Assembly (NCBI GenBank): GCA_027622665.1
Contig: JAQBYT010000005.1
Span: 132,419-196,418 of the forward strand
Length of the DNA: 64,000 nt
Origin: Verrucomicrobiota bacterium
GTDB taxonomy: Bacteria > Verrucomicrobiota > Verrucomicrobiia > Opitutales > Seribacteraceae
Reading direction: 5' to 3'
Below are positions 1 to 10,166 of the stretch, one piece after another. The notes below the pieces were generated by a model. The model worked only from the letters and a program-made list of their open reading frames with translations, was not told the origin of the DNA and did no database searches. How positions within the stretch are numbered: the stretch's first letter is position 1; every line of letters begins with the position of its first letter. A program made the position numbers and the translations under genes.

Positions 1-644
1 ATAAAATACGCGATCAGGGTGGGTATGGCGACAATCAATCCGGAGGCAGTGGTCCATAATGCACTACCGATATTTCCTGCCATTTTCTGACTAGATTCTC
101 CACCCATTCCAGATTCAGTGAGTACATTGAAAGCTCCAATCATACCAGTCACAGTTCCGAGCAACCCAATCATCGGGGCGATGGAACCTATGGTATTCAA
201 CATGTTGATCCAAGTATATGGTTTAGCCAATTCAATCGCCGAGGCTTCCTCCAATCCTTTCTCTATTGAATCGGTATCCAGTTCATCATCTTGAATTCTA
301 TCAAGTCCGGCTTTAAGTACCGCAGTTATGGGAAGCTTGTACTGCTCGCACAGTGCTCGGGCTCCGTCGATGTTTAGTCTGCTAACTTCTTGAAGAATGG
401 GCTCTACGACCTCCTTCTTAACGAAAGCCTTTTTTCTGATGGCTATGCCGTTGTAGATGATGAGGGTAATACCGCCCACCATCATGAGAAGAAAAGGGAT
501 GAGGAAGGTCCAACCCAACGACTCCATCAGTTGCTGGCCGAAGGACTTCGTTTGGGCGTGAGCCGTTGTTGCCAGCATGCCCGGGCACAGAACCGCGAAC
601 GCGACAAGCGTTGATAGTAAATTTCGTAAACTTCCTATTTTCAT
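1..644 (-). CDS. MotA/TolQ/ExbB proton-channel family protein (partial; 3' end lies outside the window)
   Basis: Manually translated from the ATG at 644: MKIGSLRNLLSTLVAF...WINMLNTIGSIAPMIGLLGTVTGMIGAF, which contains the ExbB/TolQ TM2 signature. Absent from the ORF track because it runs off the window edge. Confidence 0.9.
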   Translation of the reverse strand, partial: MKIGSLRNLLSTLVAFAVLCPGMLATTAHAQTKSFGQQLMESLGWTFLIPFLLMMVGGITLIIYNGIAIRKKAFVKKEVVEPILQEVSRLNIDGARALCEQYKLPITAVLKAGLDRIQDDELDTDSIEKGLEEASAIELAKPYTWINMLNTIGSIAPMIGLLGTVTGMIGAFNVLTESGMGGESSQKMAGNIGSALWTTASGLIVAIPTLIAYF

Positions 645-705
645 AATTTTAATATTAATACCTGATGTCATAGGTGGGCCGTTATCGTCAAATACGTAAA
701 AAGGT

Positions 706-1938
706 TCAAGAGGGTGGCAAGGCAGCTATCCGCTTTTTGCTTTCAGCCGCCCAACTTGAATCTTTATAGAAAATTCCTACCTGTCGGTATACGTTGCGGG
801 CTGCTTCGTTAAGATTAAGTTTTTCATAGGCGCCACCGGCCATGAGTAAAGATTCGGGCAACCAATCCAATCCGACGCGTGCCATAACTATGCCCTCCGT
901 GACTTCAAGTACCGATTGTCTGTAATATTCAGCAGCTTGCTCCTTGCTCCCTTGAGCTTCATAACGTTTTGCATACTGTATTCGTAGCAAAGCCCGCAGT
1001 AACTTATAGAGAGAGTATTCATTGGTTTGACGCTTGGGAGGATTCTCATCGAGTTTCTTTAATCCTTGGGCGGCGGTGTTGAAGGATAGACTGGCTGCTG
1101 CCGCGTATTGAGGATTCGACGCGGCGTGGGGAGCATAAAGCTCGTACATTTGCAGGTGACAATAGATTGGCCAAATCGCGACAATTCCCTTGAGGGGACT
1201 ATTTGAAGCGTTTTGAAGGTTTGCCCCCAAGCGGACATAGGCTTCGATTGCATTGGGATACAGTTTGTTTCTACGAAGAGAGTCGCAAAGCTTGAGGTAG
1301 GCTTCATGGTCGGCCCCATTATTTCGAATATTTATCTTGGCTAAAAGAGTCCTGACACGATTGGCGGACTTTGGGTTAGCCGCTATCATTTTTCCCGCCA
1401 ATTCCAGAGCCGCATCGGAGAATTCCCGATATTCGAAATCATCCAGTCTTTTAAGGTTTAGTTTATAAAGAAGAGTAAAAGCTTCGTCGAACTGCTCCAT
1501 GCCAATGAGAGCTCGAACATATATTAGGCAATTGTCGTGAATGGACAAGAACTCCGGTTTGATTTCGTGGAAAGGTAATATCCCGTAAATGATCGGGCGA
1601 ACCGCAGTTAGGAAGCTAGGATCGTACTGTTCATTTGCGAGAAACTTTAACCGTTGTAGAGTCTGGGGGGGAAAGGAGTATTCAAAACGATCGATGTTAT
1701 TCCGTGTTTTCAACTCCCTCAAGCTATACTCTGACTGGGTTGTTTTGATAACGCCCTTCGTGTCGTCTACACTTAGTAACCGAGTCTCCATCGGTTTCGG
1801 GTTGTTCACATAGTAAACCTTAACCGGCAACCCCTGTTTTGGGGCATAAGTTTTGAAGTAATCTTGCCCAAATAAGCCAGTCGTTCCTAATGTTGAAACA
1901 ACTAGTGATAGCCGAAGAATGTTAAAGGAAAAGCTCAT
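706..1938 (-). CDS. Exported TPR-like hypothetical protein
   Basis: 410 aa with an N-terminal signal-like segment; helical; C-terminal TPR-like motif ESLLMAGGAYEKLNLNEAARNVYRQV; co-oriented with and upstream of exbB. Confidence 0.7.
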   Translation of the reverse strand: MSFSFNILRLSLVVSTLGTTGLFGQDYFKTYAPKQGLPVKVYYVNNPKPMETRLLSVDDTKGVIKTTQSEYSLRELKTRNNIDRFEYSFPPQTLQRLKFLANEQYDPSFLTAVRPIIYGILPFHEIKPEFLSIHDNCLIYVRALIGMEQFDEAFTLLYKLNLKRLDDFEYREFSDAALELAGKMIAANPKSANRVRTLLAKINIRNNGADHEAYLKLCDSLRRNKLYPNAIEAYVRLGANLQNASNSPLKGIVAIWPIYCHLQMYELYAPHAASNPQYAAAASLSFNTAAQGLKKLDENPPKRQTNEYSLYKLLRALLRIQYAKRYEAQGSKEQAAEYYRQSVLEVTEGIVMARVGLDWLPESLLMAGGAYEKLNLNEAARNVYRQVGIFYKDSSWAAESKKRIAALPPS

Positions 1939-4100
1939 TTATATTTACCCGACCAAGAATTATACTGCTTTTCGACTTTGGTGACTTCGTCTCCCTTTCC
2001 CGCTTGCTCGAAGCATCGAATAGCTTGCAAAAACGATTTTTCTGCCCAAGTTACGCTTGCTGGGAAGTTCAATGCCGTATCCATATAGTAGTAAGCCGCA
2101 CCTCCTGAATCTCGTTGAACAAATAGACATTCACCCATCATGAAAGAGGACTCGGCACGTAGCTCTAGAGCCATATCGGTGTCATTACGAACTTGTTCAA
2201 AAGCGGAAGCTGCGCGTTCGAAAGAATTTTTGTCTCTATCCGTTTTTCCAACCTCGAAATAAGCTCTTCCCATACGGATTCTGGCGGAACCCGCGTTCTC
2301 GTGCCAAGAAGAGTTGGTCAAGGCTTGGTCGAAGTGGTTGGCGGCGGCCTTGTGGTCGCGTTCTCGCTCACTTGCTTCGCCTAGTACGTAGTGTGCATCG
2401 AAAAGAAATTCACCACCTGTTTCTCCATACATATTAACCAAGCGTTCCATCGCTGCAATAGCATCCTCGGTTTGGTTCTGGGCAAGAAGCTTTTTGCCCA
2501 TCCACACAAGGACGCCAGGACTTGCGTTTGGGAAATCGCCCCGGTTGGGGACATAGGTGCCGGAGACAGGGGCTCCCACCTTTTCGAGGATGGCCCTCAT
2601 ACGTAAGGCAAGGGTCGTTTGCCCTGCCGACTGTGCCTCGTCGAAGAGAGCCTTGAACGTCTGGGCCGGGGAAAGTTCGTTTGGGAAATTGGCAACTAAT
2701 TTTTCATATTTCTTACGTAATCCGTCAAATTCCTTTTTTGTGTTATCGTTTGTGTAAACAGAAGTGCGAGCACGAACCATTTTGTCGTAAACTTCTTGCT
2801 CCATGCCCTTGAATTCAGAGCCTAACCATGGCAACAACTTGCGTCGGTCCTTGAGGATTTCTTCCACCGTTCCCGAAATCGTGGATTCACTACCTTTGCG
2901 ATCCTTATAGGCAAACACAACGGCTTGGCCCGGATTTTTGATTATAGTTAAGAGTTTGTAAGTGTTGCCGAATAGTTTGTCGTAGTGCTCGTACTTTTCG
3001 GAATAGATTTTTAAGATTTCATCAACGCCCACGGTTCCAGGATCATTCCCGAATTTCTTAATGTCGGCATGGTACATCTTTAACATTTCCGCCGGTCGCC
3101 CTTGCTTCTCGCAAGCCATGCCAATTTTTTTGGTCGCTTGCGAGGCTCCCGAATCCTCTTGGTCGCCGAACTTTTCAAGGAATTCCCGAAAAAGGATTTC
3201 AAGTGAAGCATATAGAGAAATCGTGGTCACTTCGTACAGCTCTTCCCAATCCACGACTTTATCGCCGTTGATATTGGCCTCAGAGAAGGGGTACTCGTCG
3301 GCTAATCCCGTGGCGGCGTATTCTGCGCTCTCAAGCTCTTCGTTCTTGTTCGTATCGAAGGTTAAGTAATGATTAACATGACCTTCTGGATCTACGGCGA
3401 CGTTTTCTATTAGCTGACCTTCGTTGAAGTACGAATCACGAATGAGGTTCACCTTTTGGGTTAGTTCCCTGACCTTCCCATAATGCATCCGAGAATTGGA
3501 AATTTGTTCATAACTAGGTTTTTCGTCCCCCTTGAGACCGCTGACGGAGAGATCACCAAGACTGAGATGGGCATCGGCAACCAACTGATCGGTAGGGAAT
3601 TTTATCACGAATTGGTTAAACAGGCGGATGGCGTTGACGTAATCTTCGCTTCCTTGAAATGCGACGGCCAATCTGAACGTCGCGTCTTTTGCATAATCTT
3701 CGGAAGGGTGATGACGAGTTCTTGCCCCGTTCGACCATGGATCCATAATCGCGGCTTTGCCTGAAGCCACGGATTTACCTCCTCCGACTTTGTCGGATAT
3801 TCTCCACTCAAGGCCGTTGAACCAAAGGAAAAAACCATCGCCGTCAGCGTAGACGGGTTTGCCGCTGGATTCTTCATCAGTGGGAAGATACACGCCATTG
3901 GGGTCTGGGGTAGGTTCGGGTTCCGGCTCTTCTTCCGGTTCCGGTGGCGTTTCTTTTTTTGGAGCCTTGGGAGCTTCTTCTTTGGCGTTTGCCTTATCAT
4001 CCTCGGGGGGAAGCGATGGCTCCTCATCTCCTCCGCACCCCTGCAGGAAGAGTAAGAGCCCAAAGGTCAGGCTGATTGAAATGTATTTGAAGTTATTCAC
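1935..4100 (-). CDS. TPR-repeat lipoprotein with a possible EF-hand pair
   Basis: Likely GTG start at 4100, just after the upstream stop at 4102; lipobox LQGC; Pro/Glu-rich linker; several TPR-like motifs (DATFRLA...AIRLFNQFVIKFP, DAHYVLGEA, AESSFMMGECLF). Confidence 0.75.
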   Translation of the reverse strand: MNNFKYISISLTFGLLLFLQGCGGDEEPSLPPEDDKANAKEEAPKAPKKETPPEPEEEPEPEPTPDPNGVYLPTDEESSGKPVYADGDGFFLWFNGLEWRISDKVGGGKSVASGKAAIMDPWSNGARTRHHPSEDYAKDATFRLAVAFQGSEDYVNAIRLFNQFVIKFPTDQLVADAHLSLGDLSVSGLKGDEKPSYEQISNSRMHYGKVRELTQKVNLIRDSYFNEGQLIENVAVDPEGHVNHYLTFDTNKNEELESAEYAATGLADEYPFSEANINGDKVVDWEELYEVTTISLYASLEILFREFLEKFGDQEDSGASQATKKIGMACEKQGRPAEMLKMYHADIKKFGNDPGTVGVDEILKIYSEKYEHYDKLFGNTYKLLTIIKNPGQAVVFAYKDRKGSESTISGTVEEILKDRRKLLPWLGSEFKGMEQEVYDKMVRARTSVYTNDNTKKEFDGLRKKYEKLVANFPNELSPAQTFKALFDEAQSAGQTTLALRMRAILEKVGAPVSGTYVPNRGDFPNASPGVLVWMGKKLLAQNQTEDAIAAMERLVNMYGETGGEFLFDAHYVLGEASERERDHKAAANHFDQALTNSSWHENAGSARIRMGRAYFEVGKTDRDKNSFERAASAFEQVRNDTDMALELRAESSFMMGECLFVQRDSGGAAYYYMDTALNFPASVTWAEKSFLQAIRCFEQAGKGDEVTKVEKQYNSWSGKYK

Positions 4101-4101
4101 C

Positions 4102-5949
4102 TCAAAGGCCTTCGGACTGATTGGAGTCAGTTTCCGGCACGTATGGTTTTTCCTTAAATTCTTTCTCGCCACCAAGCCCGTTCATGTCGGAAAGATCTTT
4201 GACCGGTAGACCTGTTACGTTCACTCCCACCAAGGCGCCGAGCAGCGGTTTTGCTTCGTTGAACTTCCCCGTCGCTAGCAGGGCTAGACCACTGAAGTAA
4301 TGAGCCGGAGCCATGGCTGGGCTTTTGTTGAACTTTTCGTTGTTAACGTAACCCTTGGATCTATCCATGACCCCGTTTTCAAAACCCGCGAACTTTACAA
4401 GCAAGTCATCAAACCTTTTTCTACCGAAGTAAACGGAGCCCATCATGTTGATAAAGTCTCGAGAGTATTCGTGTTCGGGCATGACCTCGAGAAATCGATC
4501 GCAAAGCTCAAAAAAACGGTTGTAATACTCTTCAGCCTTGGTCTTGGCCACCGAGCCCGCTTCCCGGTCTTTCGTGCTAATGGCACCATCGAGAGACTTA
4601 GCGAGTGCGTCCTGTACTTTTGCTTCGGACCGGTAGGCATTGGCCATGATGAATGTCACGTCGGCTCGAAAGCTTTTCCAATCCGTATTGGCCAAGTACT
4701 CTTCTCCTAGTTCGATGGACTTTTCTCGATGCTTCACCCCATTGGCGGATGCGAAGGCTGCGTACAGAAAATTTTCGACGTTAGCGTGTTTAGGAAAATC
4801 CTTGTAGAGCCAGTAGAAGCCCCAAAAAGCTTCCCAGTCACGTTTTGTTTCCTTGAAATTCTCGGCTTTCCTCCATCTTAAGGTTGTGGTGAAGGAAGGT
4901 ATTTTAGCTATCTGGTCCAGCCTGCCTTGCGCATTGGTTACCTTCATGGCCAAGTCGTTGATTCTATCCTTGAGAATCTCGGCTCGACGAGGCGGAAGAG
5001 CCCTTCCGCGCAGGGACATGAAGTTTTTCAGCGTGGTCAACTCGGTTTTTAATTGTACATGCCTTTCTTCGTAATAGTTTTTGATTTCCTCGGTCGTCAT
5101 GGTGAGGGCAAAAAACAGGGAAGCTTCCACATGACGTCCCGCCGTCTTCAGTTGTTCGGCTCCCGTCATCAGGTTGACGTTGAGTCGAATGTCGTATCGA
5201 GCAGGTGTGTCACCCGTCAGCCTCGGCAGTAGTGGGAAAACATCTTCTATGCGCTTATTCACTACAAACATTTCGACCAAGCAGGACACGGCGTAGGCAG
5301 CCCGATCTTCGTCTTTCGCCTTGTCCGCAACCACTAGCAACTCCCTGAACGCAGGCTCACCCTGAACCCACGCTTGTTCAATATGGTAGCACTGGGCTCG
5401 GCCAAAGTACAGGTTCATCAGTTCGCTACGCTTTAAGATTTGCTTTCGATAAGGTTTTTTTGGGTCGAGCAAAATTTCAATTACTTTCGCTGCTTCCTTG
5501 AACTCATTGAGAGCTCGCAGGCACATCGTCCTCTTTTGCATGGCCATTACGGCTTTTGGGTCATTAGGGAATTTTTCCGCAAAGAAACCAAAGGCAGCGG
5601 CTGCCTTCCCCAAGAAGCCTTGGTCTCCCGTTTTGGCAAAACTTTGTAAATAACCAACACCTCGGACAAAACCGAATTGTTGAAGAATTTTGGCGATCTC
5701 GGGGTCTTCCTCGTCTTCGAAGCGAACTTCCAGTTCATCAAGGTATGGAGCCGCACCCGCGAAGTCACCTTCTCCAATTTTGGACTGGGCGCTTGAGATA
5801 ACTTGGCGCAGGGGCATGTCTTCCGCACTTTGGGCAAGACCGCCTGTGGGAAGCAAAATTAGCCCGAAAATGCTGAGTGTCCAGAAACAAGTACTTGCGA
5901 GAGAGAACGCAAATAGTCTGCTAGTAGGCAGTGGCAATCTTTTTTCCAT
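4102..5949 (-). CDS. Exported TPR-like hypothetical protein
   Basis: 615 aa; signal-like N-terminus ending GGLA-QS; helical TPR-like repeats (FAEKFPNDPKA, AHYFSGLALLATGKFNEAKPLL). Confidence 0.7.
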   Translation of the reverse strand: MEKRLPLPTSRLFAFSLASTCFWTLSIFGLILLPTGGLAQSAEDMPLRQVISSAQSKIGEGDFAGAAPYLDELEVRFEDEEDPEIAKILQQFGFVRGVGYLQSFAKTGDQGFLGKAAAAFGFFAEKFPNDPKAVMAMQKRTMCLRALNEFKEAAKVIEILLDPKKPYRKQILKRSELMNLYFGRAQCYHIEQAWVQGEPAFRELLVVADKAKDEDRAAYAVSCLVEMFVVNKRIEDVFPLLPRLTGDTPARYDIRLNVNLMTGAEQLKTAGRHVEASLFFALTMTTEEIKNYYEERHVQLKTELTTLKNFMSLRGRALPPRRAEILKDRINDLAMKVTNAQGRLDQIAKIPSFTTTLRWRKAENFKETKRDWEAFWGFYWLYKDFPKHANVENFLYAAFASANGVKHREKSIELGEEYLANTDWKSFRADVTFIMANAYRSEAKVQDALAKSLDGAISTKDREAGSVAKTKAEEYYNRFFELCDRFLEVMPEHEYSRDFINMMGSVYFGRKRFDDLLVKFAGFENGVMDRSKGYVNNEKFNKSPAMAPAHYFSGLALLATGKFNEAKPLLGALVGVNVTGLPVKDLSDMNGLGGEKEFKEKPYVPETDSNQSEGL

Positions 5950-6093
5950 TGGGCTGAGGGGCGATATTCAATGAAATTCCTTAGAGCATTTTCCCGCAAG
6001 CCTTTTTTCTAAGCAACCAGATTCGCAACGACACCCATATTTTCTAGGTCATCTAGTAAACCGGTAAGTTTCAACAGTTCTTCGCCAAACCGT

Positions 6094-7086
6094 TTACTCA
6101 ACGCAGCACGGGCAGTTGGAGACCAAGTGTCCGGGGTTTATTTCCCTAAGGTGAATGTCCATGCCGATGCTTTTTTCATAGTGAGGAGCTGATACGCGGT
6201 GGCCAAAAGCGCAACCTGGTGGCGGATCGATCGGGGAAGGAACATCTCCTTCTATGGGTTTGCGTTGGCGCTCGACGGTGGGATCTGGAACGGGAATGGC
6301 CGACAGCAGAGCTTTGGTGTAAGCGTGCTGTGGGTTAGCATGGAGTTCGTCAGCGGAGGTCATTTCGACGATTTTTCCCAGATACATCACGGCGATGCGA
6401 TCGGAAACATGCTTCACGACGGCAAGATCGTGGGAAATGAAGAGATAGGATAGTCCCAGCTCGCGTTGCAGATCCATAAGGAGATTCAAGATCTGGCTCT
6501 GGACGGAGACGTCGAGAGCGGAAACCGGTTCGTCTAGTATCAGCAGATCGGGATTAACGGCCAAGGATCGGGCGATGCCTATTCGTTGGCGCTGCCCGCC
6601 TGAAAACTCGAAGGTGAACTTGCTTGCGGCAGAAGCCGGCATCGCTACCAGTTCCAGTAGTTCATCCACTCTCTTTTTGCGAGTTTCTCGTGTGCCGAGT
6701 TTCTGGATCACCATTGGCTCTGCTATCAGTTCGCCTACCGACATGCGAGCGTCCAGTGACTCTGCAGGATCCTGAAAGACCATCTGAAAGTCCTGACGCA
6801 AGGGTCGCAATTGAGATTGGGACATCTCGGTCACGTCGCGTCCCTTGATCACCACCCGACCTGCCGTGGCGTTCAACAATCGTACGATGCATTTGCCCAG
6901 AGTGGATTTTCCGCAACCCGATTCACCAACCAAGCCTAAGGTTTCCCCTTTGCCGATGGATAAACTGACGCCATCGACCGCTTTTACCGAACCAGTCTGC
7001 CGATAGAGAACGCCTCCCCGAAGAGGGAAGTGCATCTTTAGTCCTTCCACAGAGAGGATATCGCCGTTTTCGGTAGGTTCAGCCAT
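6094..7086 (-). CDS. Oligopeptide ABC transporter ATP-binding protein (OppF/AppF-like)
   Basis: Walker A GESGCGKST, signature FSGGQRQR, Walker B LILDEP, and an oligopeptide C-terminal domain (HAYTKALL, PSPIDPPPGCAF). Confidence 0.95.
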   Translation of the reverse strand: MAEPTENGDILSVEGLKMHFPLRGGVLYRQTGSVKAVDGVSLSIGKGETLGLVGESGCGKSTLGKCIVRLLNATAGRVVIKGRDVTEMSQSQLRPLRQDFQMVFQDPAESLDARMSVGELIAEPMVIQKLGTRETRKKRVDELLELVAMPASAASKFTFEFSGGQRQRIGIARSLAVNPDLLILDEPVSALDVSVQSQILNLLMDLQRELGLSYLFISHDLAVVKHVSDRIAVMYLGKIVEMTSADELHANPQHAYTKALLSAIPVPDPTVERQRKPIEGDVPSPIDPPPGCAFGHRVSAPHYEKSIGMDIHLREINPGHLVSNCPCCVE

Positions 7087-7092
7087 GACGGT

Positions 7093-8061
7093 TCAGGTAC
7101 ATTCGGGACAGGTTTCGAGAAAGTGTCCCGATTCGACTTCCTCGTAGCGGGGGCGAGTATTCAAGGTCTCTCCTCCGCGTTCCATGCGTTGACAGAACCG
7201 GCACCCGGAGACGAAATCCTGAATGGAGGCAACTTGTCCGGGAATGGTCCGTAGTTCGCTTTTTCGTTCGTTTGTCAATCGTGGTATCGAAGCCAGTAAT
7301 CCCTTGGTGTAGGCATGTTTCGGTTTGGCAAAAAGTTCCTTCACGGGGGCTCGTTCCACGATGCGTCCGGCGTACATCACGACCACCTCGTCGCACTGTT
7401 CGGCGATCACTCCGAGGTCATGCGTTATAAGCAAAGTGGCCATGCCGCGTTCTTTCTGCATCTTCGACATCAGGTCGAGAATCTGGGCCTGCACGGTGAC
7501 GTCGAGAGCCGTGGTAGGCTCATCGGCGATAAGCAGGTCGGGGTCGCAGCATAGGGCGATGGCGATCATCACCCGTTGCCTCATTCCTCCCGAAAGTTCA
7601 TGAGGGTGGTCGGAGATCCGTCTTTCCGGGGAAGGAATGCCGACGGCATCCAGTAATTCGACCGCATGCTTAAGCGCTTCTCGCTTACTGACGTCTTTGT
7701 GAAGTAGCAAGGCCTCGATGATCTGCTTGCCGACCCGTTGCACCGGGTTTAGGGCGGTCATCGGTTCTTGGAAGATGACTCCGATTTCATTTCCTCGGGT
7801 CTTGTACATTACTTCGGGGTCGGCATCCCGCAACTCCTGCCCCTTGAAACTTATACTGCCGCCCAATATGCGTCCGGCAGGCTTTGGCAGCAGATCGACA
7901 ATCGACATCGCGGAAACCGTCTTCCCGCATCCCGATTCGCCAACGATTCCGAGCGTTCGACCCTTTTCCAGTTCGAAGGATACCCCGTCTACCGCACGGA
8001 CAAGTCCATCCTCGGTATCAAAGCCTGATTCCAGGCCCTCGATCTCGAGCAGTTTACTCAC
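7093..8061 (-). CDS. Oligopeptide ABC transporter ATP-binding protein (OppD/DppD-like)
   Basis: [45 protein letters not shown], and C-terminal GCRFCQR. Confidence 0.95.
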   Translation of the reverse strand: MSKLLEIEGLESGFDTEDGLVRAVDGVSFELEKGRTLGIVGESGCGKTVSAMSIVDLLPKPAGRILGGSISFKGQELRDADPEVMYKTRGNEIGVIFQEPMTALNPVQRVGKQIIEALLLHKDVSKREALKHAVELLDAVGIPSPERRISDHPHELSGGMRQRVMIAIALCCDPDLLIADEPTTALDVTVQAQILDLMSKMQKERGMATLLITHDLGVIAEQCDEVVVMYAGRIVERAPVKELFAKPKHAYTKGLLASIPRLTNERKSELRTIPGQVASIQDFVSGCRFCQRMERGGETLNTRPRYEEVESGHFLETCPECT

Positions 8062-10162
8062 CGGAATCGCCTTTCGTTTCGTTCTTGATGCGGTACCTTT
8101 GCTTGGCCGCCTGCACCTCGGGAAACTTCTTGCCCGAACGCTTGGCTGTCTCCGTCTCGCGTTTAATGTCCTCGTCTATCCAGTAAACGTAACTCTCGAA
8201 AGGTGCGTAGGTTCGCGGCGGACAAAATTCGGTGTACTCGGAATCCGGCCAACGTACCCAGCGCCAACATCCTACGCGAGAGAACTCAGTCATGTATCCG
8301 GGAACGTAAACGCCGGAGTCGTGAATGATTTGCTGCATCTCGTGGGCATATTTTTCTAGTTCATCCTCCGTGCGGGCATTTCGAAAAGCCACGGAAAGTT
8401 GATCCATGCGCTCGTCCTTGAAGGAGAAAACGTTGTTTGTGTTGTGTTTCAAGTTCCCTTTGTCGTCGTAGGCGTTGCTGGAGTGAAAGTACTCGTAATA
8501 CCTAGGGTAAGGCGGCTGGAAGCCCCATGCGGAGAAGACGGCTTGATGGTTCTTTTGCATCTCTTTCTTGTAGACCACGGTGTGGTCGAGGCCGTCCATT
8601 ATGAAATCCAACCCGGCCTTTTTCGCCTCCTCTTTCAGGATGCCCATCATCTTTTCTCTAACTGGGATTCTGGAGAAAGTAAGCGCCACTTCCAGTCGCT
8701 GTCCGTCTTCCTTCATCAATATGCCGTCGTCCCCCTCCTTGACGTATCCCGCCTTCGCAAAATGTTCGCGGGCTTTGTTAATGGAAAAAGGGCGAGCCAT
8801 TATATCCGGATTGTCGAAACGTCCGTAACCTTTGGTCCAGCCAGGGAGGCGAGAAGCATCGCCCCGAAAAATCACGTCTATGACCTTTTGCCAGTTGGAG
8901 GCATAACAAATACCTAGTCGCACGTCTTGGTTGTCCAAGGGTGGCTTGGCCGAGTTCAAGTAAAGCGACCATGGGATGCGAGGAAACTGGTTGTACCACG
9001 TGTAACGTTCGACGTAGCCGTCAAATACCGGCGGCATCTCGGATTTCTGGTACCAGTATTCGGGAAGCGTAATCGGGAAATAGTCGAGTTCTCCTGCTCG
9101 GAACAATTCCCATGCCTTGGAACGATCTCTAATCACGGTGTATCGAATTCGATCCACGTTATATCTGTACTTAAAGAATTTCTTGTCCTTAGCCCACCAG
9201 TCGTCCGTTCGACTCAAGGTGATCGACACTCCTTTTACCAAGTCTTCCGGTTTGACGGTGTAGGCGGCGGTGGTCGGTGGAACGCGCCACTGGTAACGTT
9301 CCTTGTAGTCGGGACCGTACTCCTTGTAGAAATGCGATGGTGAGGGAGGAAGACTGGCAAAGTAGGCAAGTTTCGGCTTGGGTTCGGGAAGTGATATCGC
9401 AATCACCTCGGCTCCGAAAAGGGTAAACTGGGCCATTTGCTCGCGCAGGTATTGCTTGAACCAAGGCGTGACGACGTTGTCCGATGCCCGAACATAGACC
9501 CACCACATGAAGTCGATGGCCTTGACCGCTACGCCGTCGTTGTATTTGGCGTCGGGGTCGAGACGGAAGAAAACCGTCTTACCGTCCGTACCTATAGCCC
9601 ACTCCTTGGCCACCCCGGGAATCACCTCACCCGTCTCGGGGTGCAGATCTACCAAGCTGACCTCGATATTGTCATAGAGTTCCCCGCGGAAGGAATTGTT
9701 CGAGTTCGGACCAAATGGACGAATGGTTGGCGGAAAAGAGGATATGAAATAGCGGAAAGCTCCCCCTTTTTTAGCTTTGGGATCACCGATCTCAGGTTGT
9801 TTCAAACCGTTGTTCCAGACTAGTTCCGACGGCAAATCTTCAACCGTTTTGAACTGGAAATAATCCCCCATGGCTTGGCGGCTTTGCATGCGCTCGAGCA
9901 GTTTTTTCTTTTCGAGAAGCACTTCTTGAATCTTTTTCTTACCTTCATCGTCGTCGATTTCGGCGAGCTCGGCATCGAGCTTCTCCATCTCCATTTCGAT
10001 TTCCCCTACTTGCTTGGTCAACCAATTGCGGATGTAGCGATTATATTGGGGATACCATTCTTCGAAATTCGCCTCCGTAGAAAGACCCTCGCCAACCCGT
10101 TCGCATCCTCCAAGGAAGAACAGGGAGAGAAAACAAGCCGAGAGTACGTAGCAAACTTTCAT
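8054..10162 (-). CDS. Family 5 extracellular solute-binding lipoprotein (YejA-like)
   Basis: Lipobox LGGC; DPKAKKGG motif; YTVK...DDWWAKD...YNVDRIRY...AWELFRAGELD pattern typical of YejA-type binding proteins. Confidence 0.85.
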   Translation of the reverse strand: MKVCYVLSACFLSLFFLGGCERVGEGLSTEANFEEWYPQYNRYIRNWLTKQVGEIEMEMEKLDAELAEIDDDEGKKKIQEVLLEKKKLLERMQSRQAMGDYFQFKTVEDLPSELVWNNGLKQPEIGDPKAKKGGAFRYFISSFPPTIRPFGPNSNNSFRGELYDNIEVSLVDLHPETGEVIPGVAKEWAIGTDGKTVFFRLDPDAKYNDGVAVKAIDFMWWVYVRASDNVVTPWFKQYLREQMAQFTLFGAEVIAISLPEPKPKLAYFASLPPSPSHFYKEYGPDYKERYQWRVPPTTAAYTVKPEDLVKGVSITLSRTDDWWAKDKKFFKYRYNVDRIRYTVIRDRSKAWELFRAGELDYFPITLPEYWYQKSEMPPVFDGYVERYTWYNQFPRIPWSLYLNSAKPPLDNQDVRLGICYASNWQKVIDVIFRGDASRLPGWTKGYGRFDNPDIMARPFSINKAREHFAKAGYVKEGDDGILMKEDGQRLEVALTFSRIPVREKMMGILKEEAKKAGLDFIMDGLDHTVVYKKEMQKNHQAVFSAWGFQPPYPRYYEYFHSSNAYDDKGNLKHNTNNVFSFKDERMDQLSVAFRNARTEDELEKYAHEMQQIIHDSGVYVPGYMTEFSRVGCWRWVRWPDSEYTEFCPPRTYAPFESYVYWIDEDIKRETETAKRSGKKFPEVQAAKQRYRIKNETKGDSGE

Positions 10163-10166
10163 CAGT

